Notes: generated from the letters alone by a model not told the origin. DNA of 64,000 nt from Macrostomum lignano (GCA_002269645.1 NIVC01000105.1:287992-351991), one strand, 5' to 3'. Shown: positions 10,976-23,961, counted from the first letter of the stretch. Program-made: numbers and translations.

Positions 10976-13900
10976 GCAACACTATTTTGATATTTCGGCA
11001 TTCTTTCGGATGACAATCATTCCGTTTCTTACAAGTTTCGGTTGACAATCACCTATGAAAATGGTATACTGTGCTGTAGAAATCATGGTAAAACGGCAAC
11101 TATATAATTAGTTTCGGAAGGCGATCATTTCAATATAAGTTTTGAATAGAAAGGATCGCGATCCGAAACTACAGAAAAACAGAGAAACTTTCCAATTTAA
11201 AACCAGCAACATCAATAGCATTATTTCTGTCATGGACGTGTATATAATCAGTTTCTGAATGCGATCATTTCAATGATACTTTTGAATACAAATGATCGTG
11301 ATCCGAAACTACAGCTTTTCTTTCTCATATTTCAGTAGCACTCACTATGGCATGCTCGACAGACGGCGTCGTGTTCCGGTGCAAAAAGGGAGCTGGTTCG
11401 CCATTTGGAGCACATGAAAAAAGAGTCTCCATTAGAAGGGGAACTTTTTTTCGAGAATTCTAAACTGAATCCAATGGACATCATTGGGTACTGCATTAGT
11501 TATCTTCTGAACACTCCACAAAGGTAAGCCATGTACTTTTGGTTGACGATCATTACAATGTACAAATTACATTAAGAATGATCGCCTTCCGAAACTGAGG
11601 GGGGGTGCATCCATATTATAACCCACAGTTCACTGCGCGCCATGTACGGCATTGAAGTGGAGGCAGCCGTGCAATGGGGCCACTTCATTCAATGATTACT
11701 GCTCCTAAGACAATAAAAACTCTGTACTTTCGGAACGCAATCATTTCAGGGCTACCTTCATATTAAAATGATCGTCTTTCAAAACTGACTTATGTTCACT
11801 AGATGTTAAACTTTGAGACATTAATTTTTTTCTAGAATTGCCAAGCTGTAGTTTCGGAAGACGATCATTCCATCTGAAATTGATTTAATACACGTGGTGG
11901 TTACTACGAAATACACGATTCACAACTGATAGCCCCAATGTTGGGTTTTTTTAATTTTTGGACAATTTGTTTGACTCGCTTTCTTACTTTCAATTTCAAT
12001 TACCTAGAACTTTTACATTGATGATCGTCACTTTTCAGGTGATCATCATCCAAAAGAATGCCAATATTTCTACTCTATCTATAAAATGACAAAACTTTTT
12101 AACCCTCTTGTAGATGCTAAAGTTTTTATAGAATAAAAGAAATTTTCTAATTACAAATTAAAAAAAACACAATATTTCAAAACACATTGCATCATAAAAT
12201 AAAAAAGAAACTTTTAAATTTTTTTTAAATTTTATTACCTTTGTATAGAAGGTATAATATACATTTTATTTAATTAAATGATGATATGATAAATGATAAT
12301 ATTAAATATTTCCCCTAAGGGGGACACCAAAGGGGGACACCTAAGGGGAATTTCTTAAGTGTCAAGGAAAATAGAATTCAAAAAAGATAATTTTTTGTCT
12401 CTTGCCTATTTATTGGGCGCTCCAAAGAGGGGGCACTAGATGGCTAGTAATGTCTATAAAACTAGCTAGTAAAACTGAAAGTTAAAAGTAAAGCAGTCTA
12501 CCCATATGAGTTATTTCACAGGAATATTAAAACGGCTTAAATAAACATACCACAATGTAAACTTCTTTCAAACTTCTTTCATCAGAACATTCTAAGCACA
12601 AACATTTGAAAATACGCGTTGCGTCGTATTGTGACGCTTTACACAGTACAACAAAATTTAAAAAATAGAAAAGCTTAACAATTAAGAAACAAGATAATTG
12701 ACATGTTTCTAAATAAATAAAAATTTGCAAATATGTATTGATTTACTTACTACTTTCTATCGTAGATTAACTGTCCGCGGTAATTCGATTCTGGAATTCA
12801 ATAAATTGATTTTTCTACGAAAATTCTAATTCATAATTCAAGAGTTCGGAGTTTATTGACTATTTTATGTTTTATGTTAGGTAACCTCAACATGTAAGAC
12901 TGGTAATAAACATATCATAAACTGTTAAGGATCTGTTTCTCATTTTTATACCATTGTTTATCGCATTGTATTATTAGACTATGTATATTGTTCATTGAAT
13001 GGGGCGTTTCGATGAGCTTTGGAATAATCGACGATGTAAGTGTTGACAGAAAGATTATAAATTAATAAAATTTTACTAAAATGAACTGTCTGTATGCTTT
13101 CGAATTCGTAAATATTTAACTGTACATGTTCTGTTTTCTTTAGTGTCTAATTTAGTAATTTCCCATGATAGCTATTGTCGTATTGAGGTGACGAATTTAT
13201 TTCTATGAAAGTGTATGACTATTTATATATAAGTATGGCGTTTACTGGTAATTGCAATGCGTATTACAATTACTTCAGTGACGGTAGTCAGTTTGGTGGC
13301 AGTTACTTTGGTGACGTCTGTTTCAGTGACAGGTTACTTTGGTGCTAAAAATGTGTATGGAGCATCCAGTGTCCATTGTTTTATATTGCCAAAACTTTGG
13401 CATTGCACGAATTGAATGCGCATTGCAAGTAAATCTAGTATATTAAGTGTGGTAAAAAAGATAAATAAGCAGTGTTCACATTAATAAATATATATATATA
13501 TCATTCTAATATAATAATGTATTTAATATATACAATACATTTATACAATAAATTTTTCCTATAGGAAATTTATAGGCATAGAAAATAATACTAAATATGG
13601 TAAAATCAAAAGCATACAATAAAATTCTATGAAAGTGGTCTTAAAAATTACCTGTCAGGTCAAATATTAACTGTCAGGTCTAAGTAGGTCTTTAGTAATG
13701 ATGTGACATAGTCAGTTTAAGTAGCCCTACCAAGGGCCATTTTGATATACAGTACCAATCTATAATATTATTGGTTTCGTTCTCTCACATCTGCTTAAAG
13801 TAGTGCCCAAAGAATTTTAATCAGCTACATATATTTGTAAAGCCTGCATACAGTATGGGATCAATAATTTCTGTTTTTCTATTTTTCCTAGCAGGCCAAT

Positions 13901-14899
13901 AGAAAAGCTGCCCATTAATTATACTAAGTTCTCCCCAGCCCACTCTTTATCAGTCCTATCTGGCCATGCGCTCAGGGTTAACCATGTTTTGCATCCCCAC
14001 CTATAGATCCTTACTGCCCTGGCACTCTTGTTTGTTTTCCTTCTCTTCCTGCCTCACTCTGCCACGGTTCTAGACCACACCTTTGCCACTCTCAGTCATG
14101 CCACTCCTACTGTCTGTTCGAGCTCACTACGAGCACCGCCACCATATGTTCACTGCTATCAGCTTGTTGCCACTGCCTCAACTCATTGACCCACTCTGCC
14201 TTCTACTATCTAACTCATTGTTGTGTAGCCGCCAGAGCATTGTTATGAACCTAACTAGTACTTTGACCTGTCTCTGTTGACAATAACAACATTATAATAA
14301 ACAAAGTCTGTGGCCATTGATTGCATTAGCCACCATTATTGCCAAGTGCTACTGCTACCAAATTGCCTCTGCCATATTTATTTGCCTTTGCCAATTATTC
14401 TCGAGGCCCCCACATTATATGTCACAATGACATGGCTAATTAGTGATTATATACTAGGCTAGGGCTTTTTGTAGAAGGTAATAGTATACAAATACTAAAT
14501 ATTAATAAGCATAAATAATAATAACAGTAAACATAACAAAGTAAAGTGTATTTCAGAAATAAAACTGAAGCAATCTTGAAGCGTTGTTTATTTATTATCT
14601 TTTAGTCAAGAAAACAAAATAAAACTTATAAATTATAGTTAATATACTTAATGCTCTATTATATATTGGTACCAAAATAGATGTTGTTGAAATAACTATC
14701 ACCAAGCTGACTGTTATTAAAATAATTAGTTCCTACAATTGCTCCTGATTTTTGAAAATTAGAATTTTAATTCAGACCCTAAACCCTTTTTTGGTAGATT
14801 TAAAGACTTTAAATGACAATAATGTTCACTATGCAAAATTTTGATACATTAAGTATATAAAAAATTACTCATTCATCCTTTCCCTGTGTTAAATTTTAG

Positions 14900-15043
14900 C
14901 AATACTGTGCAAATCCTGTGGGCATCCCGGGCCACAGAGCTGGAATTCAAGTTCAGCCCAGGCTGTTACAGCAGCAGCAGCAGCATCATGATTTTGTCCG
15001 AGCTGACAGCAATCCATCAAGTCAGGGTTCTCTTATTCGACAG
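14900..15043 (+). CDS. CACNB: Voltage-gated calcium channel beta subunit, N-terminal exon (no in-frame ATG; true first exon not identified)
   Basis: Acceptor TTTTAG|CAA; open frame ends ...GSLIRQ|GTTGGC in phase 0, giving the RQ|GS junction typical of CACNB when joined to 17069. Confidence 0.6.
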
Positions 15044-15179
15044 GTTGGCATTTTGAGTTTATTCAATTTCCTAATGCTTTTACACGATTGTGCTCCTTTA
15101 AACTATTAAAGAGCAATCAAGTTCTATGAATGACAAAAGGTATCCACCGGCTTAGGAAATAGAAGTAAAAGAGTTTCAC

Positions 15180-15372
15180 AAAGAGACAGGGGCGCCCATC
15201 AAGTGACAGGGGCGCCCATCAAGAGACAGGGGCGCCAAAAAAGAGACAGGGGCGCCCACCAACAGACCTGGGGGCGCCCACAAAGAGACAGGGGCACCCA
15301 CAAAGAGACAGGGGCGCCCACCAAGAGACAGGGGCGCCCACCAAGAGACAGGAGTGCCAACCAAGAGACACT
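15180..15372. repeat. Intronic minisatellite, ~20-bp unit AAGAGACAGGGGCGCCCACC
   Basis: About 9 copies. Confidence 0.9.
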
Positions 15373-15884
15373 CGTCTACTGATTCCCGTCTACTCCATTG
15401 GCACAAGTTCTTATGATATTTAGTGACAGCTTTTTTCTCACTGATGCACTGGGAATGTGGGACACATTCTTAGGGTTAGAATTAGAAAAGTGCATAATCT
15501 GCGCCATAGCAGTAAATATATATTATATATTGTATATTGATAGAAAACTGGTTACTTTTTTAACGATCGGCAGGTCACCTGACAGATGCGCACACTGAGA
15601 GAGGCGTAGGAACTCCTGACCGCCTTATTTTAGCCTTCACCTCCCGTTTCCTTTGGGCATCTCGTCGCCCTTAATGGCTCATTGCTTGTACGCAGCTGTT
15701 TCTTGAAAACCATTAGTAGCTAGCTAAAGCCCCCCCTCACCCAACCAAGGCAAGGACTGATTGACACTCGGATGGGTTGGGAACGATTCTAACAACTTCT
15801 GTTTACTGGCTCTTATACTGTTTGACCTTTTTGTATGCGTAGCTTTTTGCTGCTTTCAACAGCAGCGTTGATGCATTGCAGCTC

Positions 15885-16925
15885 TGTAGCTGGCGCCCCA
15901 TCTGTGGCTGGCATGGCGCCCCCTCTGTGGCTGGCATGGCGCCCCATCTGTGGCTGGCATGGCGCCCCCTCTGTAGCTGGCATGGCGCCCCTCTGTAGCT
16001 GGCGCCCCATCTGTGGCTGGCATGGCGCCCCCTCTGTAGCTGGTGCCCCCTCTATAGCTGGCGCCCCCCTGTAGCTGGCGCCCCCTCTCTGTAGCTGGTG
16101 CCCCCTCTCTGTAGCTGGCGCCCCCTCTCTGTAGCTGGCGTCCCCCTCTATAGCTGGCGTCCCCTCTCTGTAGCTGGCGTCCCCCTCTATAGCTGGCGCC
16201 CCCGATGTAGCTGGCGCCCCCCTGTAGCTGGCGCCCCCTCTCTGTAGTTGGCGCCCCCTCTTTGTAGCTGGCGCCCCCTCTTTGTAGCTGGCGTCCCCCT
16301 CTATAGCTGGCGCCCCCGATGTAGCTGGCGCCCCCCTGTAGCTGGCGCCCCCTCTCTGTAGTTGGCGCCCCCTCTTTGTAGCTGGAACCCCCTCTTTGTA
16401 GCTGGCGCCCCCTCTCTGTAGCTGGCGCCGCCTATGTAGCTGGCGCCCCCTCTCTGTAGCTGGCGCCGCCTATGTAGCTGGCGCCCCCTCTTTGTAGCTG
16501 GCGCCCCCTCTCTGTAGCTGGCGCCGCCTATGTAGCTGGCACCCCCTCTCTGTAGCTGGCGCCCCCTCTCTGTAGCTGGCGCCCCCTCTCTGTAGCCGGC
16601 GCCCCCTATGTAGCTGGCGCCCCCTCTCTGTAGCTGGCGCCGCCTATGTAGCTGGCGCCCTCTCTGTAGCTGGCGTCCCCCTCTGTAGCTGGCGCCCCCT
16701 CTCTGTAGCTGGCGCCCCCTCTCTGTAGCTGGCGCCCCTCTCTGTAGCTGGCGCCCCCTCTCTGTAGCTGGCGCCCCTCTCTGTAGCTGGCGCCCCCTCT
16801 CTGTAGCTGGCGCCCCCTCTCTGTAGCTGGCGCCCCCTCTCTGTAGCTGGCGCCCCCTCTCTGTAGCTGGCGCCCCCTCTCTGTAGCTGGCGCCCCCTCT
16901 CTGTAGCTGGCGCCCCCTCTGTAGC
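15885..16925. repeat. Intronic minisatellite, 19-21-bp unit CTCTCTGTAGCTGGCGCCCC
   Basis: About 50 copies. Confidence 0.97.
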
Positions 16926-17068
16926 TAGAAGCCACAAAGACATTCATGGCCCTCAGGACCAGCCTATAAAAATTAGCGAACGGGCTATTTCGCCTACTGA
17001 AAGTAACAACTAACAAAAATAAAATCATTTCTAAACAATAAAAATCGACGTCAAAAATCCGCATGCAG

Positions 17069-17456
17069 GGCAGCGTCGAGTCGAACTACTCGGACGATCA
17101 GAGCTCAACTGGCGCCAGCGTAGACGAGGAGACGAAACGCGAGCGTCAGAAACAAGCGGCCGAACAGCTGGAGAAAGCGAAAACTAAACCTGTAGCATTT
17201 GCCGTCAGAACCAATGTTGCCTATGATGGCGCTAACGATAACGAATGCCCAGTTCCCGGGCAAGCCATCACGTTTGGGGCTAAAGATTTTCTACACATCA
17301 AAGAGAAATTCGACAGCTATTGGTGGATTGGCCGCCTGGTGAAGGAGGGCTGCGATTGTCAATTCGTGCCGTCACCAGCTAGGCTGGATAATTTGAGAAT
17401 TCAGCAGCGTGCTGGCACGTCTAGGAGCGCTGGGTCTGCTGGGGCCGTGGCTACAG
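17069..17456 (+). CDS. CACNB: CACNB exon (SH3 domain)
   Basis: [23 protein letters not shown]...[21 protein letters not shown] is the CACNB SH3 signature; acceptor GCAG|GGC, donor CAG|GTGGGT (phase 1). Confidence 0.93.
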
Positions 17457-17479
17457 GTGGGTGCTGGGGAGCTGGGTAA

Positions 17480-18340
17480 TACCCCGCTGTAATACCCCTA
17501 GATATGCCTGCTATAATACCCCAGGACATACCTGATGCAATACCCCTAGACATGCCTGCTGTAATACCCCTAGACACAACTGGTGTAATACCCCTAGACA
17601 CAACTGGTGTAATACCCCTAGACACAACTGGTGTAATACCCCTAGACATACCTGGTGTAATACCCCTAGACTTACCTGGTGTAATACCCCTCTAGACTTA
17701 CCTGGTGTAATACCCCTCTAGACTTACCTGGTGTAATACCCCTAGACTTACCTGGTGTAATACCCCTCTAGACTTACCTGGTGTAATACCCCTCTAGACT
17801 TACCTGGTGTAATACCCCTAGAATACCTGGTGTAATACCCCTAGACTTACCTGGAGTAATACCCCTAGAATACCTTGTGTAATACCCCTAGACTTACCTG
17901 GTGTAATACCCCTCTAGACTTACCTGGTGTAATACCCCTCTAGACTTACCTGGTGTAATACCCCTAGAATACCTGGTGTAATACCCCTAGACTTACCTGG
18001 TGTAATACCCCTAGACATACCTGGTGTAATACCCCTAGAATACCTGGTGTAATACCCCTAGACTTACCTGGTGTAATACCCCTCTAGCTAGACTTACCTG
18101 GTGTAATACCCCTCTAGACTTACCTGGTGTAATACCCCTAGAATACCTGGTGTAATACCCCTAGACTTACCTGGTGTAATACCCCTAGACATACCTGGTG
18201 TAATACCCCTAGACACAACTGGTGTAATACCCCTCTAGACTTACCTGGTTTAATACCCCTAGACACAACTGGTGTAATACCCCTCTAGACTTACCTGGTG
18301 TAATACCCCTCTAGGCTTACCTGGTGTAATACCCCTGGAC
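17480..18340. repeat. Intronic minisatellite, ~24-bp unit TAATACCCCTAGACTTACCTGGTG
   Basis: Fills CACNB intron 17457..18392. Confidence 0.97.
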
Positions 18341-18392
18341 ATGCATTGTGTACCGATACGCACTAATACGCGCCGCACGTATCTACTGCCAG

Positions 18393-18535
18393 GCACCCCG
18401 CCAGCCGCGCCCGGTCCGCTCGTAACGGACGGGCCTGACGAGTCGGACAAAGGAGACTCGGACTCGCTCGGCCGCGGAGGCGGCGGCGCTGGAGCGCGGG
18501 GCGATGCGGCCAGGAAAAAAGCGTTTTTCAAAAAG
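18393..18535 (+). CDS. CACNB: CACNB exon (HOOK region)
   Basis: Acceptor CTGCCAG|GC (phase 1); GTPPAAPG...ARKKAFFKK; donor AAG|GTTTTG (phase 0). Confidence 0.85.
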
Positions 18536-18649
18536 GTTTTGACGCTGTTGTATTGGTTGATAGTTCAGAAATTTTAGTATATGGATTTGCGATGCTGTCA
18601 GGCGGGTCTCTGCATGTACATGTTACCTGTCAGTTCTTGAACCTGTTTG

Positions 18650-20065
18650 GTTGGTCAGGTTGGTCAGGTTCAAAAACTGTCAGGTTGGTCAGGTCCTTAA
18701 ACTGTCAGGTTGGTCAGGTTGTAAAACTGTCAGGTTGGTCAGATCCTAAAACTGTCAGGTTGGTCAGGTTGTAAAACTGTCAGGTTGGTCAGATCCTTAA
18801 ACTGTCAGGTTGGTCAGGTTGTAAAACTGTCAGGTTGGTCAGGTCCTTGAACTGTCAGGTTGGTCCGATTGTAAAACTGTCAGGTTGGTCAGGTTGTAAA
18901 ACTGTCAGGTTGGTCAGGTTGTAAAACTGTCAGGTTGGTCAGGTCCTTAAACTGTCAGGTTGGTCGCAGGTCCTTGAACTGTCAGGTTGGTCAGGTCCTT
19001 AAACTGTCAGGTTGGTCAGGTCCTTAAACTGTCAGGTTGGTCAGATCCTTAAACTGTCAGGTTGGTCAGATCCTTAAACTGTCAGGTTGGTCAGATCCCT
19101 AAACTGTCAGGTTGGTCAGTTCCTTGAACTGTCAGGTTGGTCAGATCCTTAAACTGTCAGGTTGGTCAGATCCTTAAACTGTCAGGTTGGTCAGATCCTT
19201 AAACTGTCAGGTTGGTCCGATTGTAAAACTGTCAGATTGGTCAGGTCCTAAAACTGTCAGGTTGGTCAGGTTGTAAAACTGTCAGATTGGTCAGGTTGTA
19301 AAACTGTCAGGTTGGTCAGGTTGTAAAACTGTCAGGTTGGTCAGGTTGTAAAACTGTCAGGTTGGTCAGGTTGTAAAACTGACAGGTTGGTCAGGTCCTT
19401 GAACTGTCAGGTTGGTCAGATCCTAAAACTGTCAGGTTGGTCAGGTTGTAAAACTGACAGGTTGGTCAGGTCCTTGAACTGTCAGGTTGGTCCGATTGTA
19501 AAACTGTCAGGTTGGTCAGGTTGTAAAACTGTCAGGTTGGTCAGGTTGTAAAACTGTCAGGTTGGTCAGATCCTTAAACTGTCAGGTTGGTCAGATCCTT
19601 AAACTGTCAGGTTGGTCAGATCCTTAAACTGTCAGGTTGGTCAGTTCCTTGAACTGTCAGGTTGGTCAGATCCTTAAACTGTCAGGTTGGTCAGATCCTT
19701 AAACTGTCAGGTTGGTCAGATCCTTAAACTGTCAGGTTGGTCAGGTCCTTGAACTGTCAGGTTGGTCAGGTTCTTGAACTGTCAGGTTGGTCAGCTCCTT
19801 GAACTGTCAGGTTGGTCAGATCCTTAAACTGTCAGGTTGGTCAGGTCCTTAAACTGTCAGGTTGGTCAGGTTCTTAAACTGTCAGGTTGGTCGCAGGTCC
19901 TTAAATTGTCAGGTTGGTCAGATCCTTAAACTGTCAGGTTGGTCAGATTGTATAACTGTCAGGTTGGTCAGGTTCTGAAACTGTCAGGTTGGTCAGGTTC
20001 TTAAACTGTCAGGTTGGTCAGATCCTAAAACTGTCAGGTTGGTCAGGTCCTTTAACTTGTCAGGT
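18650..20065. repeat. Intronic minisatellite, 25-bp unit AAACTGTCAGGTTGGTCAGGTCCTT
   Basis: Fills CACNB intron 18536..20107. Confidence 0.97.
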
Positions 20066-20107
20066 GGATTACTAATCCTACAAAAACTTCGCCTCCTAAA
20101 CCTTCAG

Positions 20108-20357
20108 ACTGACGCAGCCCCACCATATGAGGTGGTGCCCTCCATGCGACCCGTGATCCTACTGGGCCCCAGCCTAAAAGGCTACGAAGTCACCGACATG
20201 ATGCAACGGGCCGTGTTCGACTTTCTGAAGCGTCGTTTCGAAGGCCGAATCATCATCACCCAGGTGTCGTCGGATATCTCGCTAGCTAAGCGAAGCGTTC
20301 TCAATAATCCCAGTCGGAGGGCACTGATTGAGCGGGGGTCCAGGTCCAGCAATATTG
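20108..20357 (+). CDS. CACNB: CACNB exon (SH3 beta5 and guanylate-kinase-like domain start)
   Basis: [49 protein letters not shown]; acceptor CCTTCAG|, donor G|GTGAGT (phase 1). Confidence 0.95.
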
Positions 20358-20394
20358 GTGAGTTTAACAGTGCCCGGGTCGCTTGGCTTTGACT

Positions 20395-21720
20395 CCTGAC
20401 CCCCACTGACTATATCTTGACCCCCCACTGACTATATCCTGACCCCCACTGACTATATCCTGACCCCCACTGACTATATCCTGACCCCCAATGACTATAT
20501 CTGACCCCAATGACTATATCCTGACCCCCACTGACCATATCTGACCCCCACTGACCATATCTGACCCCCACTGACTATATCCTGATCGGCTGATCCCCAC
20601 TGACTATATCCTGACCCCCACTGACTATATCCTGACCCCCACTGATTATATCCTGACCCCCACTGACTATATCCTGACCCCCACTGACTATATCCTGACC
20701 CCCACTGACTATATCCTGACCCCCACTGATTATATCCTGACCCCCACTGACTATATCCTGACCCCCACTGACTATATCCTGATCCCCACTGACTATATCT
20801 TGACCCCCACCGACTATATCCTGAACCCCAATGACTATATCTGACCCCCAATGACTATATCCTGACCCCCACTGACCATATCTGACCCCCACTGACTATA
20901 TCCTGATCGGCTGATCCCCACTGACTATATCCTGATCCCCACTGACTATATCCTGACCCCCACTGACTATATCCTGACCCCCACTGACTATATCCTGATC
21001 CCCACTGACTATATCCTGACCCCCACTGACTATATCTTGACCCCCACTGATTATATCCTGACCCCCCACTGACTATATCCTGATCCCCACTGACTATATA
21101 CTGACCCCCACTGACTATATCTTGACCCCCACTGACTATCTCCTGACCCCCAACTGACTATATCCTGACCCCCACTGACCATATCTGACCCCCGCTGACT
21201 ATATCCGGACCCCCCACTGACTATATCCGGACCCCCCACTGACTATATCCTGACCCCCAATTACTATATCTTGACCCCCACTGACTATATCCTGACCCCC
21301 ACTGACCATATCTGACCCCCGCTGACTATATCCGGACCCCCCACTGACTATATCCGGACCCCCACTGACTATATCCTGACCCCCACTTGACTATATCCTG
21401 ACCCCCACTGACTATATCCTGACCCCACTGACCATATCTGACCCCCGCTGACTATATCCGGACCCCCCACTGACTATATCCGGACCCCCACTGACTATAT
21501 CCTGACCCCCACTTGACTATATCCCGATCCCCACTGACTATATCCTGACCCCCACTGACCATATCTTGACCCCCACTGACTATATCCTGAGTCCTGACCC
21601 CACTGACTATATCCTGACCCCCACTGACTATATCCTGACCCCCCACTGACTATATCCTGACCCCCACTGACTATATCCTGACCCCCACTGACTATATCCT
21701 GACCCGCACTGATTTTGTCT
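20395..21720. repeat. Intronic minisatellite, 21-bp unit TCCTGACCCCCACTGACTATA
   Basis: Fills CACNB intron 20358..21859. Confidence 0.97.
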
Positions 21721-21859
21721 GACCCAGTTGACTTCTTTGACTCCCTTTGACCTCCACTTAATGAATCTCTACAGTATGTACCCCATATCGACACCCAATG
21801 ACTCCCACTGAACCCTAACTGACCCAAAATGACCCCTTCCCCCTGTAATAAAATTTCAG

Positions 21860-22107
21860 CCGAAGTTCAGCAAGAGATCGAGCGAATATTCGAACTAGCC
21901 AGAACCCTGCAGCTCGTGGTGCTGGACTGCGACACCATCAACCACCCGGGCCAGCTGGCCAAGACCTCTCTAGCTCCCATCATAGTCTACCTGAAGATCA
22001 ACTCTGTCAAGGTATTACAGCGGCTAATTAAAAGTCGGGGCAAATCGCAGACTAGAAACATGACTCAGCAACTTAGCTTGGCTGAGAAACTGCTGCAATG
22101 CAGCCCG
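21860..22107 (+). CDS. CACNB: CACNB exon (GK domain)
   Basis: [46 protein letters not shown]; acceptor TTTCAG|, donor CCG|GTGAGT. Confidence 0.95.
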
Positions 22108-22169
22108 GTGAGTCGGTTCTCATATTTCTATTACTCATATACTTCTTTTAAGGGTGACATAGATCGAAG

Positions 22170-22700
22170 AGTACTTTCCAAAGTGACAGATCGGAGTGCT
22201 TGTAAGAATGACATGGCTTGGAGTGCTTGTAAGAATGACATGGCTTGGAGTGCTTGTAAGAATGACATGGCTCGGAGTGCTTTCAAGAGTGACATGGATC
22301 GGAGCGCTTGGAAGAATGACATGGCTCGGAGTGCTTGTAAGAGTGACATGGATCGGAGTGCTATCAAGAGTGAAATGGATCGAAGTGCTTTCAAGAGTGA
22401 CATGGATCGGAGTGCTTGTAAGAGTGACATACATTGATCGGAGTGCTTGTAAATTGTAAGAGTGACATACATTGATCGGAGTGCTTGTAAGAGTGACATA
22501 CATGGATCGGAGTGCTTTCCAAAGTGACATGGACCGGAGTGCTATCAAGAGTGACATTGATCAGAGTGCTTTTTAAGAGTGACATGAATCGGAGTGCTAT
22601 CAAGCGTGACATGCATGGATTGTAGTGTTTTCAAAAGTGACATGGATCGGGGAGTGCTGCCAAGAGTGCCTTCAGGAGTGAAATATTGGGAGTGCCTTTA
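22170..22700. repeat. Intronic minisatellite, 27-bp unit GGAGTGCTTGTAAGAGTGACATGGATC
   Basis: Degenerate tandem array in CACNB intron 22108..22862. Confidence 0.92.
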
Positions 22701-22862
22701 AAAGTGACGGAATTGATTTCTTTCTGGAAACACTTATAGTATACTGCTTTCAGTAGTGAAAAAAACAAAAAATTAAAGTGCTTTCAAAGATTGAATCATG
22801 AAAAAACCGCGGCCTGTAAACTGCTTAGAGCAATAAGAAACCAAAATCCATGCGCGATCCAG

Positions 22863-23045
22863 GACTCATTCGATGTCGCCCTGGACGAGAATCAGCTGGA
22901 GGACGCTTGCGAGCACCTGTCCGAGTACCTGGAGGCCTACTGGCGGGCCACTCATCCGCCTTCAATGCTGAGCAAAGCCGAACGGTTGCTGGGACTGGGC
23001 GGCGCAGTCCCGCCGCATCCCGCCTCACAGCCGCTGCCGCCGCAG
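22863..23045 (+). CDS. CACNB: CACNB exon (GK domain end)
   Basis: [32 protein letters not shown]; acceptor ATCCAG|, donor CAG|GTGAAT. Confidence 0.95.
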
Positions 23046-23189
23046 GTGAATGAATTTGAAATGCTGATTTGGATTGTGTTGACTGTTAATTGGTGCCCTC
23101 ATTTGCCATTGGTCATGTCACCTTCCCTATGTTTATTCCCTTCCCCCATCCGTATACCCTCTCCGAACCGTCGCTGCCATCTCCCTCCG

Positions 23190-23640
23190 TCTAAGCCCTC
23201 TCCCCTCTGTCTCTACCCTCTCCCCGCCGTCTGTACCCTCTTCCCTCTGTCTCTACCCTCTCCCCGCCGTCTGTACCCTCTTCCCTCTGTCTCTACCCTC
23301 TCCCCGCCGTCTGTACCCTCTTCCCTCTGTCTCTACCCTCTCCCCGCCGTCTGTACCCTCTTCCCTCTGTCTCTACCCTCTCCCCGCCGTCTGTACCCTC
23401 TTCCCTCTGTCTCTACCCTCTCCCCGCCGTCTGTACCCTCTTCCCTCTGTCTCTACCCTCTCCCCGCCGTCTGTACCCTCTTCCCTCTGTCTCTACCCTC
23501 TACCCGCCGTCTCTAACCTTTTCCCTCCGTCTGTACCCTCTCCCCTCAGTCTGTACCCTCCCCCCTCTGTTTATATCCTCTTCCCTCTGTCTCTACCCTC
23601 TCCAATCTGTCTATACCCCTTCCCCGCCGCCTACACCCTG
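23190..23640. repeat. Intronic pyrimidine-rich minisatellite, 40-bp (2x20) unit
   Basis: CTCTCCCCGCCGTCTGTACCCTCTTCCCTCTGTCTCTACC repeats. Confidence 0.93.
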
Positions 23641-23712
23641 TCACAATCTTCCCCTCATTCTAAACACACTCGCACTAAATTGTCACTGCTTTTACCTGTC
23701 ATATTTAAACAG

Positions 23713-23961
23713 CCGATGCGCAATCACCAGCAGCAGCAGCAGCCGCTGCCTCAACCGCAGCACCAGCACAGCGGCTCAGGCGGCAGCGGCGGCGGCCTGT
23801 GGTGCGGCGATCCGGAAGATTTCCGAAGCGATCGCCAGCTTCGAGTTGGCGCCAGCGCCGGCGCCTCCGCCAGTCAGGGTCAGGGGCAGCAGCGGAGGCG
23901 CCAACTACCCCAGCCGCCGCCGCCGCCCGCACCGAATTTTGGTCAGCGTGGCATCATTTAA
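23713..23961 (+). CDS. CACNB: CACNB terminal exon (Q/G/P-rich low-complexity tail)
   Basis: Acceptor TTTAAACAG|CCG in phase 0; open to TAA at 23959-23961; followed by AT-rich 3' UTR-like sequence. Confidence 0.75.
   Translation, partial: PMRNHQQQQQPLPQPQHQHSGSGGSGGGLWCGDPEDFRSDRQLRVGASAGASASQGQGQQRRRQLPQPPPPPAPNFGQRGII

Noticed and set aside
11345-11375. ARQTA peptide reminiscent of the histone H3 tail
   Set aside because: Only five residues match and nothing else resembles H3; chance.
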